Below the pieces are notes generated by a model. The model was given only the letters and a program-made list of their open reading frames with translations, did no database searches and was not told the origin of the DNA. Positions 50,550 to 63,841 of a stretch of 64,000 bases of DNA are shown here, one piece after another (positions within the stretch are counted from its first letter, which is position 1; the number at the start of each line of letters is the position of its first letter). Both the position numbers and the translations under genes were made by a program. Origin of the DNA: Squalus acanthias (taxonomy: Eukaryota); NCBI GenBank assembly GCA_030390025.1, contig CM059431.1:132682001-132746000 (forward strand). The letters are read 5' to 3'.

Positions 50550-51691
50550 GTAAGATGCAACACTTCCGCTGAAATTGCAGCTTCTGCTGATAATTTGGCT
50601 CTTAATAAACACATACTTGATCCAGTAATAGAATTTTGAAGTACCAGACCACTTTTTCATTCACTCACAGTATCTAGAATTCCTGATCAATGCATAACGC
50701 TTAAATATATAATCCTCTGCCATGCACAAAAAGATTGCCAATTATTCATATTTTCATTGCTCAGCGTAGTGAACATTGTCTGCCTAGCATATGTCTATCA
50801 TCTTTCTTGGCCTAACAGCTTCTTGTAAATGATCATATTTTATACAGCAAAATGTTTAAATATAGATTATGTTGCGGAATGAGGAAATTAAACAAGGTGA
50901 GGTAAAAATGTTCTAAACTGGTCACTTTTTCCCCCTTTGAAAGAGGTCTATAGAAATTATATTCCAAACATAGTATTTCTGAGCAAAGAAGTTGTGTGTT
51001 TATGGATTTAATTGTCACATGCTGTTTTCTTCGACTGCAGCTATAGGTTTCACGTCGGGCCTCAATATGACAAAAGCCATATGTCATTGTATCTGGTATC
51101 GATATGTTTGTCAAGATATCTTTGAAGTATTTTCTAGTATTAGTGAAATTTATGTTTCTGAAGCAAGGGGTGAACATTTCCTAATATGTCAATACACACA
51201 GCTGATGCAACGAAAAACCCATCAGGATCTGGGAACGTTCTGATTGGAATCACTGTCACTGTACTATGTACAGAAATATCCAAACAGGGGAGGGGTTCCT
51301 GTTTGAGACTTGCAAATGTCAGCAGAGAGTACTTCAGCGGAACTGGAGAGTTTTTAACCTTAACACGATTGCCATCATGTGAACAATTTATTTTAGAGAA
51401 TCCAAAAGAGTCTGAATATTTAAATACAATGACACTTTGCTACACATAAACAAGAGGAAAGGTCGATAATCCTGAAATGTTGATTTATGAAATATATTGA
51501 TCTTCATGTTAATGGCTGGAAATTGCATGAAAACAGGTCTACTGTTTACAAAATACACCGAGTTAAGATTTGCGATAAGCCCAATACATGTATTCTAAAT
51601 AAAAATATAATGGCCCAGAAATTGCTGAAGCTGGTCATCTCGCAGTGAGCCTCGTGATTTGGATTTTTTACCTCACCCTGCAAATCTTATT

Positions 51692-52469
51692 GGTCCAGAA
51701 TTTGCGGTCAGCGGCGAAGCAAAGGCGTTTGCCGCTAGCCCCGAAATAAGCTTCGCACAAAGATCTTGCTATCTTTGTGTCGAGAAGTTCGGGTTTTCCA
51801 ACATGTAATTGAAATCAATGTAGTATAGTGGGAATCCCCTAGTGCGAGCTGCTGTGACGTCAACAAGCTGTCTAAACAGCCAATCAAAATGCAGAAATCT
51901 CACAGAAAGCGAACAAGGAAGTTGGTAAGCTCTTAAAATTCTAACTTTTAAAAACTGTTAGAGAGCAAAACAAAGATTAGGGCTCTTACATGGGGAAAAG
52001 ACAAACCTGAAATAAAGGTGAACAAACTTTAAAAAATAAAATTTTTTAGAAGTTTCTTAAAACTTTTAAGTTTTTATTAAAATGGATAAATTTGATACTG
52101 CACAAAATTAAATTAGTTTTGCAGGGCCATAACCTTTGTTTAGCAGTCAATACGCTGTTAATACCGCAGTTAAACCTAATCCCTTTGGGTTTAACTTTTA
52201 GTGGGGAATTTAACAGCGTAATTACTGCGGAAGAGCCAAAGTTTTCGTCAGTTTCTATGATTTGAGAGATTTCACTGATTGCCGGCTCTGTGGAGGTGGG
52301 GGTGCGGCACAGCACAGCCTGTGGAGGAACAGTGAATGACAGACCGCAACTTCAGGATTTCCGCATTAGGCTGCGCATGCGCTAAATCCTGAAGTTGAGA
52401 TCAGTTTCAAAGGCGTAATGATGGCGAACGCTGCCAGTTCACCGTCATCCGGACTGCAAATTCTGGGCC
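51692..52469 (+). mobile_element. Complete Harbinger-type MITE (778 bp)
   Basis: TIR GGTCCAGAATTTGCGGTC / GACTGCAAATTCTGGGCC; 3-bp TSD ATT (51689-51691, 52470-52472). Confidence 0.85.
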
Positions 52470-52884
52470 ATTATTTTTGCACCGCAAATTGCTGGAAATG
52501 CAAATTGATAATGGCGCAGTGACTTCAACGGATCATCTGGGACCTCATGAATATCGGGTCCAATGGACTACTTCCTTAACTAATTAAATTTGAGGATAGA
52601 GAAAGAAACCAAGTGAATGACAGAGAAGGAAATAGAGTGAATTAGAGTCAAATTCGATACAGAAAGAATAAAGAGAGGGAAAGAAAGATTGGATTAAGAG
52701 AGAGACAAAAAAAGAGACTGAAAGGAAAGGTAAGAAAAAATGTAAATTTAAAAAACCTCTTGGAACAATTTACTACCTGCAGGAGTCCGACTCCACAGTT
52801 TCAATTGTTCTCTTTCTGGGCATCCAAGGTTGAGTGGCATTTCAGGACCATAAATCACGTCGTTAACAGGGTCCTTACAACATG

Positions 52885-53938
52885 AATACATGGATACAAA
52901 ATTGGCTGTGTGACAGAAAACAAAGAGTAGTAGAGAGTAGTTGTTTTTCAGACTGGAGGGAATTTCAGACTGAGGTGTCCCCCAGGGGGTCGGTATTAGG
53001 ACCACTGCTCTTTTTGATATATATTAATGAGCTTGACTTGGGTATAGGGGGCATAATTTCAAAGCTTGGAAATGTAGTAAACAGTGAGGAGGATAGTAAC
53101 AGACTTCAGGAGGACATAGACAAACTTGAAATGGGCAGATATATTGCAGATGAAATTTAATGCAGAGAAGTGTGAAGTGATGCATTTTGGAAGGAAAGAT
53201 GGCAAGAGGCAGTATAAACTAAATGGTACAATTTTAAAGGGGGTGCAGGTCTGAGGGTTCACATACACAAATCTTTGAAGGTGGCAGGACAAGTTGATAA
53301 AACTGTTTCAAAAGGATATGGGATCCTTGACTTTATAATAGATCTCTGTCATAGAGTACAAAAGCAAGTAGTTATGCTAAACCTTTATAAATCACTGCTA
53401 GAGTATTGTGTCCAATTCTGGGCACCACACTTTAGAAAGGATGCCAAGTCCTTGGAGAGGGTGCAGGGGAGAGTTACGAGAATGGCACCAGGGATGAGGG
53501 GTTTCAGTTATTTGGCAAGACTAGAGAAGCTAGGATTGTTCTCCTTAGATCAGAAAAGGTTAAGGGGAGATTTAATAGAGGTGTTCAAAATTATGAGGAG
53601 TTTTGATAGAGTAGATAGGGAGAAAATGTTGCCACTGGCAGGAGGATCGGTAACCAGAGGACACAGATTTAAAATAATTGGCAAAAAAGCTAGAGGGGAG
53701 ATGTGAAGAACTTTTTTTACCCAACAAATTGTTATTATCTAGAATACATTGCTTGAAAGGGTGGTGGAAACAGATTCAGTAGTAACTTTCAAAAGGGAAT
53801 TGGATTTCTACTTAAAAAGGAAAAAAATTGCAGGGCTATGGGGAAGGAGCAGGGAAGTGGGACTAATTGGCAGCTCTTTCAGAGAGTCGGCACAGGCATG
53901 GTGGGCCGAATGACCTCCTTCTGTGCTGTATGATTCTA
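52885..53938 (+). mobile_element. CR1 3' fragment
   Basis: [31 protein letters not shown]; tatgattcta tail. Confidence 0.9.
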
Positions 53939-55156
53939 CCAGCCCTAAATGGCTGCAGCGAGATTCACTCGTATTTACGGCACAAATCCAGCAATTTCTT
54001 GAAACTAATGGGGAGGTTAACAGCGAGCTCCTGTTTTTTGAGGCTAACAGCAGCAATTTGTGGCGATTTGCAACTCATGGGGTATCTAGTCCTCGCCACA
54101 AATTGCTGGCTTTTTTACACACTAATAATGGCAGAGGGTCATTGTGGCAGATGCTCTGCACCAAATTTTGCTGTATACAGATGACATTCTCTATACCTGG
54201 AATCCACTTTCCTCAATCCCTAAAGCATTCAGAACTCTGCCCAGGTAGAAAATAAACTACATGAAAACAGAAGCTATTCCCATAGGCATATACTATGCCC
54301 TAGCCATTATAAATGCTTCAAATGGTCCTTAAAGGCTTAAAATAGCTAGTGGTTAACAAAGCCCTTAAACACTGAAAGCTCTACCAAACTAACTTCCTGA
54401 GAGTACTCGAGGCTTTTGGGAAAGACCTGACCCAATGGACACCTCTCTTTACCTTCCTACTGGGAAGAATAAGCGTGCTCAAAATGGATATCCTACTTGG
54501 GCTCCTATACCTGTTCCAAATATTGCTCGTCCAAATCCCCCAAACTTACAGATATGGGATAAACAGAAGAAGGAATTTCATCTCGAAGATCAAGAAACCC
54601 AGAATAAGTTTCAGAAATCTCCCGACTACACAATGACAGAGGAGGACTTGACTTCCAAAAAGACAACAGATTCAAGGATCAGTGCAGCAGCTGACTGGTA
54701 CATCAACAGCATACCCAATATAGGTTGCACATCAAGCACCCTGGAGCATGGCACACCCTGCCTAAATAGGGTAGCTGTCAAAGACCTGATGACACTGAAA
54801 CCCACCAGGCTCTGACACGACAGGCAAGCACAGCAGAACCCAGTCGTGCCAATTGCTACTGGAACTAATCCCAAGGATTATTTGCAATCACAGGCACACC
54901 ATAAAGCTTGTTCACTACCACAATGTACCCTGTATATTTTATCATGGACTGTGTATAGTATAAGTGTAACATGTCAAGGACCATTTTATTTTTTTTTAAT
55001 GAAAAGATAAATATCAGTTTCTGCATAGCTCAGTCAGTAGTAAAATTCCCACCATGACTAATAGGGAAGAAATCCAGCAATTACATCAGATTAAATAACA
55101 TTTGTGGATATCTGTGCATATTTGCTGAAAAAACCTTCACACCAATGCTTGCAACT

Positions 55157-55170
55157 GTTGCCATAGCAAC
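55157..55170. promoter_or_regulatory. Candidate RFX X-box
   Basis: GTTGCCATAGCAAC, a near-perfect palindromic X-box. ETS-like ACAGGAAGT at 55222-55230. Confidence 0.45.
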
Positions 55171-56015
55171 TCTTACCTGATCACAATTATGCCATTATTT
55201 GTTAAACTGCTTATTTTTCTCACAGGAAGTAAGAGAGTAATTAATTCCGTACTATAAATGTCACTGTATCATTTAGATGATCTTCATAAAAATGATGCCT
55301 GAGTAATTGGCCATTCACTCTTCCCAAACGTAAAAGCAATAATTCTTTAAGTAGTTCATTGATTTAAAAAAATCAGAGAGCAGTTTATAAACAATAACAC
55401 ATTTATAAAAAATAAAAACCTGTCTTTAGGAATCAGAAAAATGGATGCAGTTTTGATGTGACTATACCTAGAATGTAAATATATACTGAAAATACCGAAA
55501 CTTTTGTTATTTTTATGTCGCAGTGTACATTTTCAGCACAAATCTGTACTGTATTGTATGGAATTGCAATTTTAATATTTATTTGTGTCCAAATTGTGCA
55601 ATTATGTACAAGACAATTGAAGTGCTCATGTAAATGAAATGTTTGATAGAGTCTTGAGCACACTGTTTATAGTTTTTTGCCACTGTGAAAAGCTCTCTTC
55701 ATTAAGTTATAAGGATTGTTCCCTTTTAAGTTAAATGATTTGGAGCGACTCTTCTCCCTGCAGCTCGTATCTCTTGATGCTCTTTCAATGTGGATAATAA
55801 TGAGAAAAAGTTGGGGCTTTATACTCCATGGTCTCAACTTGTGCTAGCAGATTGTCATTATCATAGCTAATTTTTAATTTTCACTTCTCACTAGATTTGC
55901 TCTTGGACCATTTTGTTTGTTCTAGCGTTACACTCGGTATAGTGATACAATGTTATATATACAATAGTGAGAGGTCGCACAACACCAGGTTATAGTCCAA
56001 CAGTTTTATTTTAAA

Positions 56016-56053
56016 TCACAAGCTTTCGGAGTTACAACTCCTTCGTCGGGTGA
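56016..56053 (-). ncRNA. Minimal hammerhead motif (U4C variant) in a Penelope-type terminal fragment (about 55969-56170)
   Basis: Minus strand: UCAC-CCGACGA-A-GGAGU(UGUA)ACUCC-GAAA-GCUU-GUGA. The 47-nt flank is almost identical to that of the 37431 copy. Confidence 0.65.
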
Positions 56054-56344
56054 AGTGAGGAGATACAGAATCGTCAAAGCATATATAGATAGAGAACAAT
56101 GCATGTGTAACTTACAATTGCAGACAATAGCTCAGTATAGATTTAAGGGGGAAACATGTTTAATGCAACGAAACAGAACAAAAACAAATTTTCATGAAAA
56201 AGGCCAGTATAATAATATATGATGTACATAATATAATAGTATGATGTACATTACATAGTAGCACATATTTCTCTCTGCTTGTTTTAGACATTGAATTAAT
56301 TTTTTTATATTTTATATTCTTGCTTTTCAATTTTGATGAAATAG

Positions 56345-56644
<300 letters not shown>

Positions 56645-56764
56645 TAAAGAAGGAGAATTTCAAATATTCATTTAATGCCCTCAGTCCTAAATTAAAAATG
56701 TAATAATGTATTAAATAAAAATGAAATGTAGGCTACATTAAGACTCTCTTTAACCAATACCCTT

Positions 56765-57930
56765 TACAAGGGTAATGCAGTAGAAATAATTTATCTAGAT
56801 TTTCAAAAGGCCTTCGATAAGGTACCACATAATAGACTAATGAATAAGGTCAGAGAATGTGGAGTCAGGGGACAAGTAGAATAGATAGCTAGCTGGCTTC
56901 AAGACAGAAAGCAGAGAGTAGGGGTAAAGGGTAGCTATTCAGAGTGGCAGAAGGTGGGTAGTGGTGTTCCACAAGGATCAGTGCTGGGATCACTGTTGTT
57001 CACAACTTATATTAACAATTTAGACTTTGGAATCAAAAATACAATTTCTAAATTTGTGGATGACACCAAATTGTGGGGGGATAGTCAATTCTGGGGAGGA
57101 CTGCAACAAATTACAAGAAGGCATTAATAAACTTGCAGAATGGGCATATAATTGGCAAATAAATTTCAACACAGATAAATGTGAGGTATTACATTTTGGT
57201 AAGAAAAAAAGGAGGTCACATATTACTTGGAAAATAAGAATCTAAATGGGGTAGAGGAGCAAAGGGATCTCAGAGTACAAATATACAAATCACTAAAAGT
57301 AGCGATGCAGGTTAATAAGGCCATAAAAAAAGCAAACCAAGCACTAGGGTTTATTTCTAGAGGGATAGAATTGAAAAGTAGTGAAGTTATGCTAAACTTG
57401 TATCGAACCTTGGTTAGACCACACTTGGAGTACTGGAGAGGGTGCAAAGAAGATTTACAAGAATGATACCAGGAATGCGAGTTTATACCTATCAGGAAAA
57501 GATGAACAGGCTGGATCTCTTTTCTCTTGAAAAGAGAAGGCTGAGGGGTGACCTAATAGAGGTCTTTAAAATTATGAAAGGTTTTGATAGAGTTGACACA
57601 GAGAGAGTGTATCCACTTGTGGGGAAGAGCATAACTAGAGGCCATCAATATAAGATAGTCACCAAGAAATCAAATAGGGAATTCAGAAGAAACTTCTTTT
57701 CCCAGAGTGTGGTGAGAATGTGGAACTCGCTACCTCAGGGAGTGTTTGAAGCGAATAGTATAGATGCATTTAAGGGGAGGCTAGATAAGCCTATGAGGGA
57801 GCAGGGAATAGAGGGTTATGCTGATAGAGTTAGATGAGAAAAAGACGGGAGGAGGCTCGAGTGGCGCATAAACATGGGATGAACTGGTTGGGCCGAATGG
57901 CCTTTTTTTGTGCTGTATATCCTATGTAAT
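56765..57930 (+). mobile_element. CR1 3' fragment
   Basis: [40 protein letters not shown]...MWNSLPQ; cctatgtaa tail. Confidence 0.9.
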
Positions 57931-58373
57931 ATTGTTTTGTGCATATTTGCTACTGGCACATTTAGGATTTTTCATAAATTGATTAGTAGTGTCAATGTGA
58001 ATATTTTTTGATTTTATAAAACAGATCCAGACAGGTTATGCTTTATTGCCATGGTAAGAGGCTTGAAGAGCACTTCGGGTTGTTTGTTAGATAGGATGAA
58101 CATTCAAGGAGTCAGCTTTAGATATCTAAAGATGAATTTTAAAGATGGACTACAGTTCGGCTTTGAATTAATAGAGTAGACTCAGAGCAAATTTCTGAAT
58201 GTTGATTCCACAGCTTTTAGACAACCGCTGATACTTTATCAAGTGCAGAATTAGGTTTCAGGACTCTGATAATCCAAGTTTTGTGACCAGAAAATCAAAA
58301 TAATCAACAAAGCCCAAACTTCAGATTAACACATAACTTCAGACTATCTGAACCTTATCTGAAACTGACTTCT

Positions 58374-58738
58374 AGATGCTCTCCAAGTGTAGGGGGCGTT
58401 CAATTCTGTAGATAGCTTACTCCACCATCTGAGAGATGCTCTCCAAGTGTAGGGGGCGTTCAATTCTGTAGATAGCTTACTCCACCATCTGAGAGATGCT
58501 CTCCAAGTGTAGGGGGCATTCAATTCTGTAGATAGCTTACTCCACCATCTGAGAGATGCTCTCCAAGTGTAGGGGGCGTTCAATTCTGTAGATAGCTTAC
58601 TCCACCATCTGAGAGATGCTCTCCAAGTGTAGGGGGCATTCAATTCTGTAGATAGCTTACTCCACCATCTGAGAGATGCTCTCCAGGTGTAGGGGGCGTT
58701 CAATTCTGTAGATAGCTTACTCCACCATCTGAGAGATG
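58374..58738. repeat. Minisatellite: 6 copies of a 60-bp unit plus 5 nt
   Basis: Unit agatgctctccaagtgtagggggcgttcaattctgtagatagcttactccaccatctgag. Only three differences in the array: cgtt>catt in units 3 and 5, and ccaag>ccagg in unit 6. Confidence 0.97.
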
Positions 58739-59353
58739 TGACTACCAAATTACAAGAGTTTTGTTCTGAGGGAATATTGTTTTCTCTATATCTCTTCACC
58801 TTCCCACTCTGTTCCTTGTTTTCAAAAACTTTCTCAAACCTGTTTTCTTTGACTGTGTCTTCGCCAAGCAGTCATGCCTTCTTGTTTTCCGTCCTGCTTG
58901 GCCTCTGTTTTCCTTCCTCAGTGTAAAATACTTTCAGAAGCTCTTGTGTATGTGAAGAGCACTGCAGAAAAATAAGCTGGATGTTTTTGTGTGTACTTTT
59001 CCTATTGGTGGCTAGTATCTACAACAGCTTGCATTTATATAGTGCCCATCATGTAGAACAACAAGCACCTCCGAACTCTTTAAAGAGGGACGAGGAGGAC
59101 GATAAGCAGGAGTAAGAAAGAGGAGCAGAAGATGGGAAAGATTAACTTTGGGGGGACCAAAAGCATGGTCATAGAGAGAGGTTTTTGAAGGAAGCAGAAA
59201 GGTGGAGTGGTGTAGGTCATAGGTTTTCAAATTGGGTCCCCTGATCCTAAGGGATCAGAAAGGTCAACAGATTTCTGTAGTTTTCTGTATTTCATGATTT
59301 ACTAGACTATTATTTCTGCTGCTGTTTGTTAAAAGTTCTGCAATGGTAATATT

Positions 59354-61070
59354 GGCCAGAATTTTCACATTGCAGAATGTGAGGGTTTGGGGCAGGTTGG
59401 CAGTTAAAAGCGCTGAAATTGACCGCATTGGGAACCCGTCGTCATCCCGCCAACTTCCGCATTTAACTCGGGCGCATTTCGAAGCGTGCCACGGACCCGC
59501 TCGGGAAAGGCGGGCAACCTTACTCAAGTACTTAACTGCTCATTGAGAGACCCTTAAGAGCCTTTATAATGTCAGGTTTCATCTTTAACTGTTTGCGCAC
59601 GGGATTCATGGACCTCGGAAAGCTCACCTGTGAAGGCAAGGCGGGAGCTCAGTGGGCATTGTGCTAGTTCATTAAGCTTATTGTCTGCTCTATGACACAT
59701 CTGGTGGAAATGTGGCTTTCATTATATCTCTCCTGGGCCTCAGTACTTGGCCTCCTCAAGGATGTCATGAGCCACGTCTTCAGTGGATAGCCCTTGTCTC
59801 CAAGCAGCCAGCCAGACATTCTGTTTGGAGCAGGGAAAAGCTGAGGGAGGGTGAACTGGCGCAGGGCAAAAGAGTCATGACAGCTGCCAGGGAATTTGGC
59901 GTACACATGCATGATGATCTTGCTATGGTTACAGACGAGCTGCACATTGAGGGAGTGGAAGCCCTTGCAGTTGACAAACACTCCTGGGTTATAATGGAGT
60001 GCCCTGATGGCCACATGTGTGCAGCCGCTGACGCCCTGCACCCGTGGGAAGCCAGCCAGAGCTGCAAAGCCGAGCGTCCGCTCGGTAACACTGGCTTCAT
60101 CAGTGGCAAAGTTGATATAATTGGCTGACTTGTCAAACAGGGCATTGGTGACCTGTGTGATGCATCTGTGGGCGGCTGACTGCGAGACGCCGCAAATGTC
60201 TGCTGCAGATCCTTGGAAGGAGCCTGAGGCAAAGAAGTTGAGGGCGCTGGTGACTTTGACAGCCACTGGTAATGCGTGTCTATCCGCTCCTCTGGGCTGC
60301 ATATCTTGCTCCAGCAATGTGCAAATGTCTGAGACGACCTGGCGCGATAGCCTGAGCCTCCTTTGGCACTGCTGCTCAGTCATGTTGAGGAAGCTCATCC
60401 TCTGCCTGTATACCCTGTGTTGGGGGTGTCGCCTCCGATGTGGTGCAGCCCTGCGCTAATCCCCTCTGTCCTGTGCAACATCAGTTGATTGAGGAGAAGG
60501 TTGGTGGTGGTGTTGTTGGTGCTGCTGATGTGCCCGCTGCTGCTGGTGTTGGGACTGATTGTGGTCTGATTCTGAGGACCATTGTGAGACAATATAAATG
60601 GCGCCCATGCTGATGGAATAGATGGCAGGTCAAGTAGGGATGACAGAAGCAATCTGTCAATGGTGTGATAGGTTCTAACAGTGAAGTGACACTGCACAGC
60701 GACTTTGCTGGAAACACTTGTAGCCTCTAGAAAGCTAAATCTGTGCTGGCAATGCAAGTCAGCAACAGCTTCTGCCTGAGGAAAGTGACCAGTTGTCAGG
60801 TGGGAGTTTATATTGTACTTTTCATGCTGTGCACTAATGAGCTGGATCAATGGCCACTCAACTTCCGCCTCAGGTTGACAGCTGTGGTTCCAGAGCTGCG
60901 TGATTCCTGTGGTCATCCAGTGAAATTTGAAAGGTAGGGTTAAAAAGACTCTTAAGGGTCTGACAAGTACCTACTAATGATTTAAATTAGTTTGCCCGCC
61001 TCTGCCGTTTGGGTCGCTGCCGCACCGGCAAACGCGCCCGGGGGAAAGGCACGTGGGGGCGGGATGACGT
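59354..61070 (-). mobile_element. PIF/Harbinger transposon remnant carrying the transposase; right end unclear
   Basis: Left end GGCCAGAATTTT with GC-rich subterminal sequence. Transposase on the minus strand. 60600-61070 resembles the right parts of 5138-7719 and 47673-49470. Confidence 0.7.
59664..60608 (-). pseudogene. HARBI1-like DDE transposase pseudogene
   Basis: [25 protein letters not shown] (expected IDCTH); [56 protein letters not shown]. In-frame ATG at 60608, one internal TAG near 60456, C-terminus truncated. Confidence 0.9.
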
Positions 61071-61795
61071 ACGTAAATGGAATCCCCATAAGCATAATGG
61101 GAATCCCCCTTGGTGATTGGTTGGGCTGGCCCACATGATCCCAGGGACGCTTGTGAACCACATGTGCTCCTGGGATACGTGGGCCTTTACGCAGGCGTAC
61201 GCCTGCAGGCCCAGAACTGCAAGAGTCCGAAGCTACGGAGGCACCAGGTAGGTGTGTACTTTTCTTGCAGGTCGGAGGCATTCGCCCGCGGGAAGCCTCC
61301 AACCGCAATTTCTGAAGAAAAAAGTTGGTTTTAATTTCTACTTTTTTCAAATTTTTTAACTTTGGATATTATGCATAGATGGAATGCTGTCTTGCTGAAG
61401 GCAGAACGCTAGGTAATAATCATTACTCCTCAAGGCCAAAACATTTATTTTCCAGCTTCTTTATGGCAGACACTTTGCCAGCACTTGTTATGTAAAATAA
61501 TTTGAACAGCAGGTTAGTACCACTGGCAAATCTGACTTCTTCCCTGAGTCCCAGCAAAAACTCTTCACAAAGGAGAAATATAATGTCTGGCAATAGTACA
61601 AATTTATTGTTACTGCTGATGGTGTAGTGTCATTGCACCAGATTTAAATGGAAGTTTCCATTGGCAAAGAGCAAAGTCCAACTGTACATTTAGTTCCTTT
61701 TTATAATTCAATTTTCATTGGTTTGATATGATAGCCACATCTTTTCATAACCATAACCGTACAACAATACTAAAGTTATTTTTGTATCACTGTAA

Positions 61796-62230
<435 letters not shown>

Positions 62231-63841
62231 TAAAAGTTAGTTGGATGATTCATATCCCTGTGGCCAATACATAAATTCAAATAAAATGGAAAGAAATCAT
62301 GTACCTTTGAGGAAAACATTAACAATGATTTAAGATTAATTCAGTACATACCATAGTTCCTAATTTACTCATATAACATTGCTTAAATCAGTGATTGGAC
62401 ACTAATCATCCTTAACATTATCCTAATATATTTTTAAGCACATTTACTCTAGAGGAGCTTGAGATGGTACTTTTGCCTCCCTCATAATGGCAATACTAGG
62501 GAGCTATGCAAGAGACAGTGTCAGTTAGGAGAGGAACATTGTGGGGCACAGCACTTTCAAATATAGGGAATCTTTAAGAACATGGAATTCTACCCATAAT
62601 TACCAACAATGTAATGTCACTGTATAAGACACAGGACAGAAGCCAAGTCCATCTCAGTAAGGAGGAATGCAAAATCAGAAGGAGTCATTCCCATGCATAG
62701 AGCCCTCATACTAGTCTCTTGGCTGTAGGTAATGAGATAAATCTTTGGAGACTCTTACCAGTCGAAGTCTAACTTGATGGTAGTATGTATCAGAGAATCA
62801 GGTTCGGATGTCAGTGTGAGGGATTTGCAGTGCTCCCATTTTTCCAGTCATTTCCCATCAAGCAAAAGTGCATGCTGGTAGTGGATTCTGCCAAAATTTT
62901 ATGCTAATGTCTGCTGAAGGAAGGCAATATAAAAGGAATCAAAGAGGGGGAAAGGAAGGGGTAAGGTGACTCCACTTCTGTGTAGATATGACATTTGAAT
63001 ATCTATAAAATGCTAATCAGTGCTGGGCCAAATACAGTCTTCTTCACCGGGTACATTTCCAAACCTAAAACCAATTCAGGCAAAATTTTGCCCATAATGT
63101 GCTAAAACGATACAGGACATGAAGGATATACTTCAATAATAGTTCCACCATCTATACTTGGTTTTCTGAACCTAATAAATGGGTTCAAACAGTCATGTGA
63201 TTTTCCTAATTATTGATCTAAATGCTGAACTTTGCAGATTTAAAAATATAACATTGTTTTTGGCTTTTCATACTTTCAAAGATAACTTAAAATTTAACTG
63301 CAAATAAAATTCAATGAAATCTTAACCAATTCCTCTGTAATGGAAATGTATGAAAGTAATGCTATCTCTGGCAATTCTGAAAGGGGAATGTTTGATTTGA
63401 TGCCCACAGAAGAGTCCAAAGGTTAAAATAATAATAGCTTGAGGCATCCAGTTGTAAACAATGAACAAAAGTAATAAGATCAGTTGGACCAAATGCCCTG
63501 TTTCTGGGCTATATATTCTATGTAATACGTTTCTTTCATTGTTGTTGCAAGATTGAGCATGGTATGCTTTATAGAAAGACAGTTTAATTAGTGAAGTGTT
63601 AGAAGATTGCGATTTTTCACATATTTGCAGAATGCTCGGAATAAAAAGGTGTGATTAGTTTTGGGCTGTTCTAGCAAAGAGTTGGTACCAATGTGCTGGG
63701 CCAAATGGTCTCATTCTATGCTGTAAATTCTATATTATTCTCAACAAGCTCTATGGTTGTAAAAAAAACTTGATTTTGTCATCAAAATCAAATAAATGTA
63801 GAGAATCATTTTTCTATATATCTTTTCAGTTAAATTTTATA

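Larger units (their letters stand above)
51612..54172. mobile_element. Harbinger-type MITE (inverted relative of 9638-15220) hosting another MITE and a CR1; right end uncertain
   Basis: Left end GGCCCAGAAATTGCTG. The purine tract aaagaaagattggattaagagagaga is the reverse complement of 10070-10100. Confidence 0.6.

Noticed and set aside
54180..54960. Possible solo LTR, or the 126-aa ORF at 54435-54815
   Set aside because: The composition differs from the flanks, but I could not find TG...CA ends, a TSD or a protein motif. It needs a repeat-library search.
58344..58799. 151-aa repetitive ORF, or a CRISPR-like array
   Set aside because: The ORF is a by-product of a stop-free 60-bp unit. The units are contiguous with no unique spacers, there are no cas genes, and the context is a vertebrate intron.
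59664..60398. The host gene HARBI1
   Set aside because: It lies inside transposon-like flanks, lacks the first catalytic Asp, has an upstream in-frame stop and is truncated. It is HARBI1-like, not the orthologue.
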